Of a stretch of 64,000 nt of DNA, positions 12,070 through 25,600 are shown piece after piece. Under the pieces are notes generated by a model, which worked only from the letters and a program-made list of their open reading frames with translations, did no database searches and was not told where the DNA came from. Each line of letters opens with the position of its first letter. The stretch's first letter is position 1. This stretch comes from Convolutriloba macropyga. Taxonomy: Eukaryota. A program made the translations under genes and the position numbers. The DNA lies in the NCBI RefSeq assembly GCF_964194025.1, contig NC_134475.1, positions 13,330,001 through 13,394,000 of the forward strand, written 5' to 3'.

Positions 12070-14678
12070 GCTAAAAACACTTATGCCCCCCCCAGCCGCC
12101 AATTTTATTTTTTTCTCACAGACAAAATGGCCCTCTGTTTTTAAGGCAGCCACGACTAAGGTCTCTCGTCACTTGTTTGAGAGCAATTTGTAGCAAGTTA
12201 GGCGATTCTCTTTGATGTATTTAATTTGATTGGTGTCATTTTAGTTGTTTGTTTTTCTTTGCCGGAAGCGAAGAATCGATTAAATCTGCCCAGTTTAGTT
12301 CAACCAAATTGCTCACACATAGCCCAAAGTTGAAATCTGCAAGATTGTTCGTTCTTCAAATATGTCAATCTCAACTGCGTTTCGGTTACTGTTTTTGCTA
12401 CAGGTATCCTTCCTAAAGAATATTTTGAATAGGAGGCAATGTTCAGGAATTTGTTTCTAGTCAACTCTGGTTGGATCGGAAATGACTTCCTTGAAAGCCT
12501 TGTGACCTGTCAGCAATGGGGCACTACCGACATTTCGTCGATTCAATAAAAGGACTAAATATTAATCTCAGATGTGTCAAAATGATATTTTTGAAATTTA
12601 CTGATTTCATGCTTATTTGACTATAATACAATCGTATCTATTAGCTGAAAAGGCCTCAGAAAAAACGCTTAATTTTCTCATGCAAACTAGATATTTACAT
12701 CTACGTTTTTATGCTTTTTGACTGATTGATTTGACTTGGGTGGCTTTTTGCGCTTACTCACAGAGATAATTTGGAGCGTCTATTGATGAAGTTTGCTATA
12801 AATAGGCAAATCAAGCGAAATATTGCTCTGTAGTTTTACTAATACGGCTCGTTAGAGTTTTTGCGTGACAAAAAACAAAAAATGATATCAAGACCTTGCT
12901 GCGGATGTTTCAATCAGGGAGGAAAGTGTAATAAAAGTTTATCTGTGTTTGTTTATGTGTTTGTTTATCTGTGTTGTTTATCTGAGCTTTCTTCTGAGAA
13001 ATAGTGGTTTAAGGTGTATTGTAAGCATTTAATTTGGGGATCTCGGCGTTTGGAGTCTGTAGTGTAGTTGCTGATGAAAACATTTATTTTGCATTTTTTT
13101 GTTCAGGTTGCTGTAAAATATTTTTGTCGTTGTCTTGCTTTGTGCTTTGGAGCAACATGATATTGCAGTTTTCAAGTTCTTCTTTGTAGTTTGCTAAGTC
13201 ATATCCAAATACTCATCTGAAATTTTATGGTACCTTGAAGCTCGATAAACTTGAGAAATGACAAAAATTTCCAATAAATTGCGTAAAACTCAGTACGATT
13301 TTGTTATTGAAGTTTTCATAAGCAATGCAGATACCTCGAAGAGGTTTTAGGTAACGTGGTCCTGAATTCCACAACATCTATATGACTGTTACTGTGCAGG
13401 CCAAATTGTGAAAAAAAAAAACGGAATATACGATAAATGCTCTTAATGAGTTCAATAACTCAAAATCTCATTTCACCTGTTCATGTCGAGTGCAAACCTA
13501 CTAAAGCTAACTCTATTGCCATGTGAAGACGTGGCTCTAAACTTTTTTTATTTTCGAAAGCTCTATCCTGAGTCAAGAAATTTGGAAACACACTTGTTAC
13601 GGCGTCTAACTGTTGGTTGGTTCCAAAAGTCGGTTTTGTTCCACTGATTTGTTTAGTGGAAAGTTGATTATGATTGTCGTCAAACTGCCTTTTTCTTCAA
13701 AAACTTCGCCATAATCTACATTTTGTGTTTTATCTGAAAACTCTTCCAACTAAAAGTCGCAACAACTCTGAAACTACCAGTTAGAGTGATGTTATAAATC
13801 TTTCCTGTCGAGTGTAAAACTGCTGAAGTATTTGACTGGTGAAAAGTGCGTTTCGCTATATCACTTCAAATTGCTGGGCACGGTTTAATTTGGTCGTTGT
13901 ACTTTGATTGGCCGAATTTTTATTGCAAGCTAAAAATCACGAGATGGTGAGCTTTGTCGTATCTGGTTGAAATAGCCTGACTATCAAGTTTAACTGGTGG
14001 CACGATTGATTCCAGCACGAAATTTTTTGTATCTGCCGTCAAATCTGTATCCGCCGGTTACGGATAAAAAAACCGGATTCTGCCCAAATGGACTATCTTC
14101 ACGATTTTTTTGTAATATTTTGGCTGGTTGGCTAAAATGCCTTGCACTATAACTATAACGCTGAAATACACTCACCCAATACAGAATTGCTACCGGGGTG
14201 AAATAGTTGATTTTTGATAGGTAAACTAGGTTTCCTGGGCGAAAACCTGTGTTTCGACGGTCAGAACAAAAACATTTGCGAGATGTTGCTCGTCCATAAT
14301 CTTTCTTTTTAAGTGTCAAATTGTCTTTTGTTGGGTAAAGTTGGTTGGTAAATTGCCTAAGCAATGTTTTGAAAGCAATCAATGTTTTGAAACCAATGTT
14401 TTGAAAACCAATCAATGTTTTGAAACCAACCAAAATGTTAACTTCTTGTAAACTGTTCTGTGGAACCTAGTTTACTTTGAAGAAAACTGACCCGAGAAAC
14501 AATGTTTTGTTTCTTTTTTCAACTGTTTTGTTTCAGTGCACAGCAGCTCAGGTTGACTAGCTTTAATTTCATAAATTTACGCTGTGATTTGATTAGAAAC
14601 TTACCAAATCAAGTTCTCGAAAACCAAATTTACTTAATGGTAAGTTAACAGATCACAGGATGCACAGGATTACTTATT

Positions 14679-17600
14679 AATAGCCGCCCTCATCTTCTCA
14701 GCCGGCTATTATAGCGCTCCTTTTTACAATTCAAAGAATTTGAATTGTATTGGGGCGCTGTCTTTTTACGACTCGAAGAGGAGTAATGGAGAAGTCCTTT
14801 TTTAAATCAATTTTATTGGAGTGAATTTTGAAGCGCGAAATGAAACTCGTGAAAAAATTTGGAGCGATTTTGTTGCTGAACAAAACGAAGAGCGGAGCGA
14901 AAAGAGAGTGGTTTTTTAATAGCCGCCCTCATCTTCTCAGCCGGCTATTATAGCGCTCCTATTTTTTTACAATTCAAAGAATTTGAATTGTATTGGTGTG
15001 CTGTGTTTTTTTTAAGATGTGTTCACACATTTTTCAATGACTTTGATCTTTCAAAACGGGATAACCAGATAAAGCCCAGCGGGCTTTAAGTTTCATTAGG
15101 GGCCCAAAGTGGGCTCTTGGTAGTCCTACAAGTGCTTATAGTGGTGCAACTGCTGGGATGGCCTTAATTTAAGGTTAAAAGGTCATTGTTAGGAGTTTTT
15201 GGGCTCAAAATGGTGCAATTTTTCATAATTTTTGTTTGAATAGTCTTAGGTTTAAATTTTTCAAAGTTGATGAAGGTTTTTTGCGCGACAAAATTGCTTG
15301 TTATGACCATTTTTTTTTTTGAGCTATATGTTTTGGTACTACAAACACAAACACGCAAAATGATACTAATTTTTGCAATTTTTTTTCAGGTTTTTTGAAA
15401 ATTTTTGTCATATTTTGAGATTTTTTAGCCCTAGGTGTCAAGAAATCTCATCTAAGGTTTGATAACGGGTTTGATGATAGATTATTGCTTAGTTTCTAGT
15501 GGTAATGGAATAGTTATCAACTTTTTGCCATCATGAATTTTATCATTTTTTGACAAAACTTGCAATTTTTTCATATTTTTTGACGTTTATTGTCATTGTT
15601 TGTTTGAGTTCCAAGGGCAATAAAACCTCATCAGTCTAAAGTTACTGGAAAATTTTCACAATAAAGTTACTGGAAAATTTTTACTTGACATGGAATAGGT
15701 TTCAACTTTTGAATATCACATATTTTAGCGATTTTTTTTTACAAAAAATCGCTTTTTCAGGTTTTTGAAAATTTTCGTTATTTTTCAGTTTTTCCACCGT
15801 CAGGGACCAGGCAGTCTTTTTTGAGGTTTGTTAATAGGGCACTGCATAGTTTCTAGTAACAAGGGAATGGTTTTTAACTTTTTAATGTCTCGAATTTTAG
15901 CCTTTTTCGATAAAATCTGCAATTTTTTTTAATGGTTTTGTCAGTTTTTAATATTCGTCCATTCTGAAGTGTGAGAAAACATATTCCACGTTCTAAAAAA
16001 GTTACTGCATGGTTTTTAGTTTCAATAGATTTGTTTTCAACATTTTAACATTTCGACTGTTAGAAGTTTTTTGATAGAATTTGCAATTTTTTCACGTTTT
16101 TTTTTCAAACTGTTTGTTTTTTTTTCTTGCCTCAGTAGCGAGGTAACTTCATCCAGGTTTCGATAGTATGTGTTTAAATAGTTGCTAGGGGGCAATTGAA
16201 TGGCTTTCAACATTTTAATAGAAAAATTTTTTTTACTTTTTGAAGTTTTAATTTTTAAAAAATAATGTCTATCGACCTTTGAGCCAATGAGTTTTTTTAA
16301 AGTTTGGAATTGGGTTAGTGGATATCCTCTAGAGACATAGAAATGATTCTGAAGATATTTATATCACAATTTTTAGCATCATTTCCTTATAATTTGCAAT
16401 TGATTTTTTTTTTTTAAGTTTTTCACTTTCGAGTTAATCGATCTTCAAGGGCCAATGAAGATTTTTCAGGTCTGGCTGATATAATACTGGATCGATTTCA
16501 GAAAAAAAATTGGTTTTTAGCATGTTTGTGAAAAAAGTATTTTTAAAGGGAAAAAATTTTGTCTTAGGTTTAAAAGCTTCAACAGTTTTAGCAATGAGTA
16601 TATTTTTGTTTAGGTTTGATTCTCTTAGTTTCTCAATTTTATGATGATTTTGTTTGTGTTCTGGCTGGCATTGTTCAATTGATCTGCTGGTCAGGTTGAG
16701 CACGTCTGAGTTTTTCATTCAATTCTTTGAATTGTATTTCAGGACATGTCCTATGTTTTTTTACTTCGTCGAATAAAAAATGTTTCGCTTTACCTCATTT
16801 TGCCGCTTTTTCAACATTTTGCGTGCTATCTCTAGGCTATATTCTCTCTTCTCTCATTTTGCTAAAAGTGATTTTGAACATCAGTTGCTCAGCAAAGCAA
16901 TTCAAAATGAACAGAGTCAGTATAAAAAATTGAAGTCAGAAGTAGAAACGGGATAAACCCATAAAGCCTAATTTTAGATGCCCGCTATTTGAACGTCGTT
17001 CCTATAAGTCTTAGTTACCATCTCTAATGCTTAATGGTATTGACAGTAGCCCCTGTAGCCTCTTTCTAAGAAACAGAAGTACGTTATGTTCAACTACGAA
17101 ATGCCATCAAAATAAATCGGACTTAAAAAATGTTTTTGTACAAAAATCTTTTTTTTTCAATATCTTCTATTCTTTCAATCCCAATCATGCTTATTGGAAT
17201 CAACGGCAGCTATTTTCCGGCAATCTGCTGGGTATGTTGTTCATATCGCTGTTTCCTAGAGAGCGAGAAATTGAGGTGTGAAAAAAATTCTGTAAGCGAG
17301 CGAAATTTTTTGTTCACGTGCGGCATTTTAAAGCAGTTTCTCAATTTTTTTCTAAGAGGTTTGGTTATGATTTGCTTTTAATTTTAGGCTGGGTTTGGTA
17401 GTGGTTTGAAGGTTTCTGATAATCTATATGATTTTTATGCTAATTCGTATGTTTTTCATGTATTTTGCTGATTTTTGGGCTAATTTTTACGATTTTTTTT
17501 TGAAGATACCCCTATTACTTGAGCAATTTTTAGTTAACACGTGGATACAGTTTTGTGGATATGAAACAGTTTTTTGTTGAGAAATATGTCGGAAAATTGG

Positions 17601-18964
17601 AACTAATTTTCTTAATTTTTCGCAGTTTTTCGGTTTTTCTGTTTTTAGACAAGTTTCTTAACCTATTATGTTTTGCCTATTATTTTGCAAGGATCTGGGT
17701 ACCCTATTGGCTGAAAACAATTTTCGTTTAGATATATGTGCTTTTGTAATATTAAAAAATTAACTTTTTCCAGTTTTTTGTTCAAAGTTGTTTGTAAGAG
17801 CTTACTTTTTCATGATTTGGCTTCAATTATTTTTAAAAACTCTCTTAAGTGATTTTAGTAGTTACTAGTTGTATTGATGAAGTAATTGTAGCGGAGATAG
17901 TTTTTTGTGGTAGCAATTTATGACAGAATTTGATCAGATTTTAATCATATTTTAATGGATTTGATTTTTTTTGACTTTTTTGTTTTATGGTTTTATTCAA
18001 GATAAGCGTAAATTATTGGAGGCACGTTTTGTCTGATGAGCAGTTGGATGGCATTTAAGTGGATTTCCACTTCGAGTCGTTTCCGGAATTCTTCCGGCTA
18101 TGTTTTTTTTTAAGATCTGTTCACACATTTTCATGATTTTTGAAGTCAAATTGGTGTAGTGATTTTGGTCACGCCGAAACAGGAAGTGGAGCGAAAAAGC
18201 GAGTGGTTTTGCGGCGTGAAATTTTTTTGCTCTAAATTTAAAGTAGAGTGAGAAAACGGTGTTTGAACAAAAATTTGCTTTCCCGCTAGTGGTTTTTTGT
18301 TTACATGCGGCCATTTCACTTTGATTTTTACTGTTTTTTCGATTTTTCGGATTGGTTTTTTTCTAAATGGTTTTTCCAATCTATTCATAGTCCGTTCTTA
18401 GCCTAGTTTTCTGTTTAGTCGATGAAAATTCTTTGAATTGTGTGTCAGGACTTGTTCTGCTATGTTTTTTATAGCGCTCCTAATTTTTTTTTACTTCGTC
18501 GAGCTTTTTTTCCCTTTACCCATTTTGCAGCTTTTTCGATATTTTGCGTGAAATCTTTTTGACTTCTCTAGGCTAGTTTCACTCTTCTGTCATTCTGCTC
18601 AAGGTCCTTTTAAACAGCAGCTGCTCAGCAAAGCAATTCAAAATGAACAGAGTCAGTATAAAAAATTGAAGTCAGAAATAGAAACGGGATAAACCCATAA
18701 AGCCCATTTTTAGATGCTCGGTACTTGAACTTTGTTCTCAAAAGTTTTAATTACTATCTATAATGCTTATTGGTATTGATACTAGACCCTGTAGCCTCTC
18801 ACTGAAAGACAGGGGTATGTTCAATTACGAAATGACAGCAAAATAAATCCCACTTTAAAAGGTTTTTATACCAAAATCAATTTTGTTGATATTTTCTTTT
18901 CTTTCAATCCCAATAGAGATATGGGAATCAACGGCGGCTATTTTCCGGCAATCTGCCGGGTATG
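14679..18964 (+). mobile_element. Five-layer nest of HINE elements A[D[B[A[D]]]]
   Basis: 5' ends at 14679(A), 14725(D), 14767(B), 14918(A), 14968(D); matching 3' subTIR + hairpin ends at 16755(D), 17236(A), 18102(B), 18464(D), 18964(A). Confidence 0.8.
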
Positions 18965-19839
18965 TTAATATACTTCTAGAGGTTAAAAACTTGTATATCC
19001 GTTAAAGACAAATACTAGTACAGGAAGGTGAGCTTCGATACCCATTGATTGACTAAACAAATTTAAAGACCGGTCATGATGACTGACTTATCCACAAATA
19101 CTAAATCGTTATATCCTATATATTTATCCTATTATGAAATAAGATTAAAGTTCAAGACTTCGACTAGATGAATGGCTTGGCCGCGGCCTGAACAACAGCT
19201 AATAAAGAAAGTATATCAGGACAAGTCCACCAGTGAATCTGGAGAACCGGATAAACAAAGTGAAAAGTCCCTAACCGGGCAATCACAAAAGAAATTTGAA
19301 AAATTGAATTTGGAAGACGGACACAGATCAAACAGATAACCGTTCTCAAGATTCTATTAAGTAAATATCTACAGAGAATCAAACAATAATATAGAAATTA
19401 TAAGGAGGCAAAAACTGATACAATATTTTCCCCTTATGAGGGCAAAATTAAATTAAAAAAATTATCTAATTTTGAGAGGAATGCAATCTATGGCAACCAA
19501 TTTTTGAACATTTGGATGCAAAAAGAAGATGCAGATTTTCACAAAATGGGTAGAATTTTACATAGAGAACACAAACTTGCTCTTATTGGTGCCCAGCTCT
19601 CCAAAACCATCATTTGTTGCTCGAGAAACTGAAAACCGCAAATTTCACTGCTGTTAGTATTTTTCTAACGACTTTGAAACCTCTAGTGTTGCTAACTTTG
19701 CTTAATTTTGTGAAGTTAATTTAGGGACCCATTAAGCTCAAAAACCGAAAAAAAAACACAAAAAATAATATAGATTCTGCACTTAATGAGATTCCAGATG
19801 GTTCCACTCTTATCTTCTAGAATGCGTATAAAAGTATTT

Positions 19840-21914
19840 AATAGCGCGCTCATTTTTTTCATCAGGCTATTATTGCGCTTCTATTTTTACGACTCGAAGA
19901 GGAGTTATTGCGATCCGTTTTTTTTCAAATCGGTGACTTCTCTTTGCACAGTCACAAAGTCAGATGCGGCGCGTGAAAACAAGTGCTAAGGTCAATATGC
20001 TGAAGAGAAGTCAAAAGCAGAGAGAAAGAGTGATTTTCATGCTGTATTCTATGAGAGCCATAAGTGTGTCAAAAATTTTCGCTAAGCGAACGATATTTTT
20101 TTGATCACGTGCGGCTTTTTCAGAGTGGTTTTTTAGTTTTAACTCTAATTTTTCAGCAAAAAGTGTTTGTTTCATATATTTTGGCTAGTAATAGTATGTT
20201 GTGAAATAATTTTTCCAATCTGATGCAAATTTTAGACTTTTAAATTTTATTTTGATAAGATTTCCCCGGTGTAACGTTTTTTTTAGCACTTTTTAGGCTC
20301 TTTATTAATTTTTATAAAAGCAATTTGGGTCTTTTTATGGTTTCAGGTTAGTTTTTTGTGTATTTGGGGTTCGTTTGATTCACTTGATATTGATTGTGAG
20401 TTGTGTTTGTTAAAGAAAATCGGGTGAATTTAATTAAATTTTGGCTCACTTTAGTCTCTTTTTTTAGAATTGTTGAATATTTCTTCTGATTTTGAGTTTG
20501 CTAGCTAATCGACAGGTATTTAATAGGTATTCCTACTAAGAGGTGACAATTTAGTTTTAAGTAGTGCAATTTATGTATTATAATGAATTATAGAAATTTG
20601 CAATGTTTCCTTATTTTTTTCGTTCTTTGTTTTCTCTCTTTTTTATTAGGATGTCTCAGACAGGCAGGCCGTGGGTAGATCACTGATCGAGGAGAAAATA
20701 ATTTTGGAGGGTTGTCTGAATGTAATTGATGGGAAGCAGCGTTTTGTAGACCATTTTTTAAAGAAAATGTTTTGTTGTTTCTTTTTTTTTCTCGGTTTTC
20801 TCAATTTGTGTTCTTTATTTGAATAAGAACTATTTTTTGCAAGTGTTTTTTCCAATAGTTTTTTTTGTATCTAAAAAGATGTGGTTTTCCCCATGTTGTT
20901 CTGACTGTTTTTAATTTGACTTTGTTCTACAAAAATAACCATAAATGAGAGGCACTTTTTGGTTGATTAGTAAATGGCTGGGGTCTAAGTATCTACTCCG
21001 AGTTGGTTCTTCAGTCTTCCAGCTGTTTTTTACTTCATCGAACAAAAATTTGCCTCAACTTGTCGCTTTTTCGACATTTTGTGTGAAGTCTTTTTCTCTG
21101 GTGTAGTTTCATTCTTCGCTTTTTCTGCTTAAAGTGCTTTTAAACATCAGTTGCTCAGCAACGCAATCTAAAATGAACAAAATCATTATCAAAAAACGGA
21201 ATCAAAAATAGAAACGGTATAGACCCGTAAAACCCAATTTTAGATGCCCGCTTCTTGAAGTTTATTCGCAGTTACCATCTTTAATGCTTTTTATTATTGA
21301 TACTAGCCCCTGTATCCTCTCATTAAGAAACAGGAGTCTGTCGAACAGCAAAATTCAATCAAAATAGCTTGCTTTTTTGAATGTTTTTCATCAATCATTT
21401 TTTTTAATAATTGCTCTTGAACAAAGTTCATAGCAATTATTGTAAGCTTGTGTCTTTTTCATGCAAAATTTTTGCTTGGCGGTTTTGACTTTTCGAGTGA
21501 CTTTTATGCCCTTGACTTTTTGCGTTTCGCGTGATCCAAAATTCTCTCTCAATCACAATTTCAAGCAGCTGTACTCAATTGGCGGCAATTTAACACTAAA
21601 AGTCAAATGAAAAGTGCACTGAAACTGGTGCCATGTTTCACTTTAAATCTTAATAGTGGTATATGTTAACCTCTAATGTGGTTATTTGAAGCCCACTATA
21701 GAACTTCTTAGTCCCATTGAGGCTACCCCTCCTCCCCCCCCCCCCCCCCCACCGACTGAAGCAGGCGGCAATTGATTAGAGCTCCCACTAGTCGTTCGAG
21801 AGCAATTCTTCCGACGTTTAGTGGGTTATGTTTTCATTTTTCTGTTCTTTCATCAATCCTAATCGGTGTTATGGAAATCAATGGCGGCTATTTTCTGACA
21901 ATGTGCCGGGTATA
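19840..21914 (+). mobile_element. HINE family A element holding a family B element (19888 to ~21025) and a family E element (21409-21830)
   Basis: A ends aatagcgc../ggcggctatt+hairpin; B 5' TACGACTCGAAG with a degenerate 3' end; E AATTGCTCTTGAAC / GTTCGAGAGCAATT + hairpin. Confidence 0.7.
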
Positions 21915-22058
21915 TTTGATTTTGACTGGAGAGAAAAGACTGTCTGTCGTAATATATTTTTATATTTCCTTTATAACAAATAATTTTGGAACTGATCGGC
22001 GCGGTTGTAATTAGCCAGCTCACCAAATGATTCCATCTGATGTACATTAATTGTTAAG

Positions 22059-22226
22059 GTTGAGAAGATTCTGAAGCGTCGAATCAGAGAAGACGGGAAG
22101 ATAATGTTATATGTGAAGTGGAAGGGATGGGACCCTAAATGGAACACGTGGGAACCAGAGGAGTCATTGGATGAAGTTCAACAGTACGAGGATTTCCTCA
22201 AAACATTCGAGGAAAAGCGTTTTTTG
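22059..22226 (+). CDS. HP1: HP1/chromobox protein exon 2 (chromodomain)
   Basis: [37 protein letters not shown]; 168 nt, phase 0/0, AAG acceptor, GTGAGG donor. Confidence 0.93.
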
Positions 22227-22618
22227 GTGAGGCTGCTTTATTATTTTTAACCAGTGCTCATGAGTTGAACTCATCTATAGTCCTAGAACCAAACGATATT
22301 TGTTTGCAGTATAATAATAATTTGGTTTCAAGTAGGTTAGAACCATTACTGTATGAACCAAGCTAGAACTCATTTACATCCTAATTGCTAGGTGATCAAA
22401 AGATCCATAGGGTCTTTGTTGAGTGATGTCCAAATGCAGTGCTAATGCTACGGTAATTAACTCTATTTATGGTTCTGACCAGACAACCATTTTCAGTTAA
22501 CCGCGGAATACTCTGTAGCATAACTTTAGATATCAAATAAAAAGCAAATAAGCGGCTGCTGTTTTAGTTGAGCCTAATTCAGAACTTTAAAAAAGGCAAA
22601 CAGAGAAGTGCTTACAAT

Positions 22619-25600
22619 CATCCACATTTTTGACTTGGAAGAGATAAAACTTTCAAAAATTCATTTTTCTAATTAATTTGTGTATAAATAAAAAAAATCG
22701 CTTTAAGCTCAAACCATTAAACGATTTAAATAATACCGCTTTAGAGGGCCGATGAGATCTGCCATTAACAAAACAAGACAAACAACAAAATAAAAAAAGC
22801 AAAAATAATCATTTATTACGACCAATACTCAGTGTCGATTTTTTAAAAAAAATATCCGCTTAATTTTTGAAGTGACATATTTTAAGCAGATTTTAAAAAA
22901 GGTCGACTCTGAGTCTTGATCGTAATAAATGATTGTTTTCGTTTTTTATTTGGTTGTTTGTCTTGTTTTTTTTAATGGCAGATCTCATCGGCCCTCTAAA
23001 GCGGTGTTATTCAAATCGTTTAATGGTTTGTTTAAAGCGATTTTTTTTATTTGTACACAAATTATTTCAGAAAATGAATCTTGAAAAATGAATTACAAGA
23101 AACGATAAGTCAAAATGGCATCACATAAAACTTAAATTAAACAAATTAATTTTACTTGACTAAAAAGATACTGGAGCTTTCCTGAATGAGACTTAATGGG
23201 AAATAGGGCGAAGCAGTTTTTAATGTCGTGAAACCATCTGCACTTTTTAATTTTTATTTACACCATTAGCTATTGGCTGAAATCATTAAAGAGGTTCATT
23301 TTACCTCCATAGGATGTTCGATTAAATATTGCTTAAAATCAGTGTCAAAGCTTTTAAATCATCAAACCAAATGCTTGAAATTCAACAAAAAAATACCTGT
23401 ATAATTATTGCTGTGTTAAACGCCAGCTCGGCCTGTCTTTGTGTTAAAACGACAAGACTTTAAAAGATTAAACTCAAATATGGGCAAATATTCAAAATAC
23501 ACACAGTTTTTATGAAAGCTCGCTGTATCAAACTGAGAAAACATTTTTTTAAAATTCGTTTTGTAGATAAAATAGCTTTCAAACAGAGAGAAGTCTTGAT
23601 CTCTCATTTATGAGGCAAAGCTATACGTTGACAGAAGTAAGTTCGGAACCAAGATGAAAGCCATCATTTTTAAAAACAATTACATTCAAAGTCATCAAAA
23701 ACATTAAGTATCAACGGAGATCCTTGAATAGGTTCGTATATACCTCCATAAGAGGCCATTAAGAGCTGTCATTATCCAGAATATATCATATGACTCCAAA
23801 TTTAACGACAAGTTTAGGCAAAAATAATAACTAATTTTTGCGAGAAAACGGTGTCGAAAACCTTGTGATCTATTAACTAAGGGCAATGAATTTCAATTAC
23901 GCTTTCTTTCAGCATCAAGTTTGTGACACATGGGCTGTTCATGTTGTAACAATCTGGCAAGACAAAAAGTTAACATGAAATTGGGCGACTGTCCAAAAAA
24001 ATTGTAGAAACTCGTAGCAAAGTCGAAAAACCACTTCATCTAACATATGAACTCATTGAAGACTGGATTTTGGTTCACCACAAAGAAGACGGGATCTCTT
24101 TGCCGAAGCTACAGGTTTATAGAATTAAGATGAAAAAATGGCAAATATCAAAAAACAACTACAGAACTCAATGTTTTCGAAAAAAAATTTAAGCAAACAG
24201 TGTTGAAGCCATAAAAGCCATAAGCTTTTACCTGGCCTCATTTGCTCGTAAATGAGATCTCTCGACATTTGTGCCTCGATTTGAAATCAATTTGGTATAT
24301 TTATTGATCGTAAACAAAAAAGAAGTAAACTTATTTTACAAAACCATAAAGTTCGAATGTCTTTGTAGTAAAGAGCCGTGATTAGTCCAAATCTAGCCTT
24401 GATTTTGCTGCTTGTCCATGAAAACTAACTTATTTTTGCAATTTTTGGCGAAATAGATAATTTGACAAAAATGAATATATCAAAANNNNNNNNNNNNNNN
24501 NNNNNNNNNNNNNNNNNNNNNNNNNNNNNNNNNNNNNNNNNNNNNNNNNNNNNNNNNNNNNNNNNNNNNNNNNNNNNNNNNNNNNNNNNNNNNNNNNNNN
24601 NNNNNNNNNNNNNNNNNNNNNNNNNNNNNNNNNNNNNNNNNNNNNNNNNNNNNNNNNNNNNNNNNNNNNNNNNNNNNNNNNNNNNNNNNNNNNNNNNNNN
24701 NNNNNNNNNNNNNNNNNNNNNNNNNNNNNNNNNNNNNNNNNNTTCCGCAAAACTCATGTAGTAAGAAAAAATTAAATTAGCCCTCTCTGGGGATTAAGAA
24801 AATGATGCCATCGATTTTCAGGTTTACCCTTCCGGCAAATTTAAAAGTGTGCTAAGGAGGCATAATTGGCGCATATTTGATCAAAAGAAGGCTGAATTTT
24901 GAAAAATTTATGCAAAATGTTAGCTAAAAATTTGGAACAATCAGCTCGACAAATTTCCTTCGTCTCCACAGTTCAAACCAATAACACTATCGTTAACAGT
25001 TTTATTATTTTTTTTCAGCAATATTGACGAAAAAATGGCAAAAAGACAAATTGTCAACAAAAACAACGGAAATCCGTCAAATAATAAAACCTCAATAACA
25101 TTTTGGAAAACAAAATTCGAAAAAAATATCTTTTTAATTCTATATTTTACGGTTGATGATGANNNNNNNNNNNNNNNNNNNNNNNNNNNNNNNNNNNNNN
25201 NNNNNNNNNNNNNNNNNNNNNNNNNNNNNNNNNNNNNNNNNNNNNNNNNNNNNNNNNNNNNNNNNNNNNNNNNNNNNNNNNNNNNNNNNNNNNNNNNNNN
25301 NNNNNNNNNNNNNNNNNNNNNNNNNNNNNNNNNNNNNNNNNNNNNNNNNNNNNNNNNNNNNNCTGTGTTAAACGCCAGCTCGGCCTGCCTTTGTGTTGAA
25401 ACGACAAGACATTAAAAATTAAACTCAAATATGGAAAAATATTCAAAATACTCGCAGTTTTTATAAAAGCTCGCTGTATCAACCCGGAAAACATTTTTTA
25501 AATTTCATTTTGTAGATATATTAGTTTTCAAACACATAGAAGTCGTGATCTCTCATTTATGACGCAAAGCTTTACGTTGACAGAAGTAAGTTGGGAACCA

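Noticed and set aside
13990-14433. 147-aa minus-strand ORF in HP1 intron 1
   Set aside because: Starts in a short tandem repeat (CAATGTTTTGAAA) and has no recognisable domain
14679-15010. Simple tandem duplication of an 80-bp motif
   Set aside because: Better explained as two A+D 5' ends, because each has its own matching 3' end downstream
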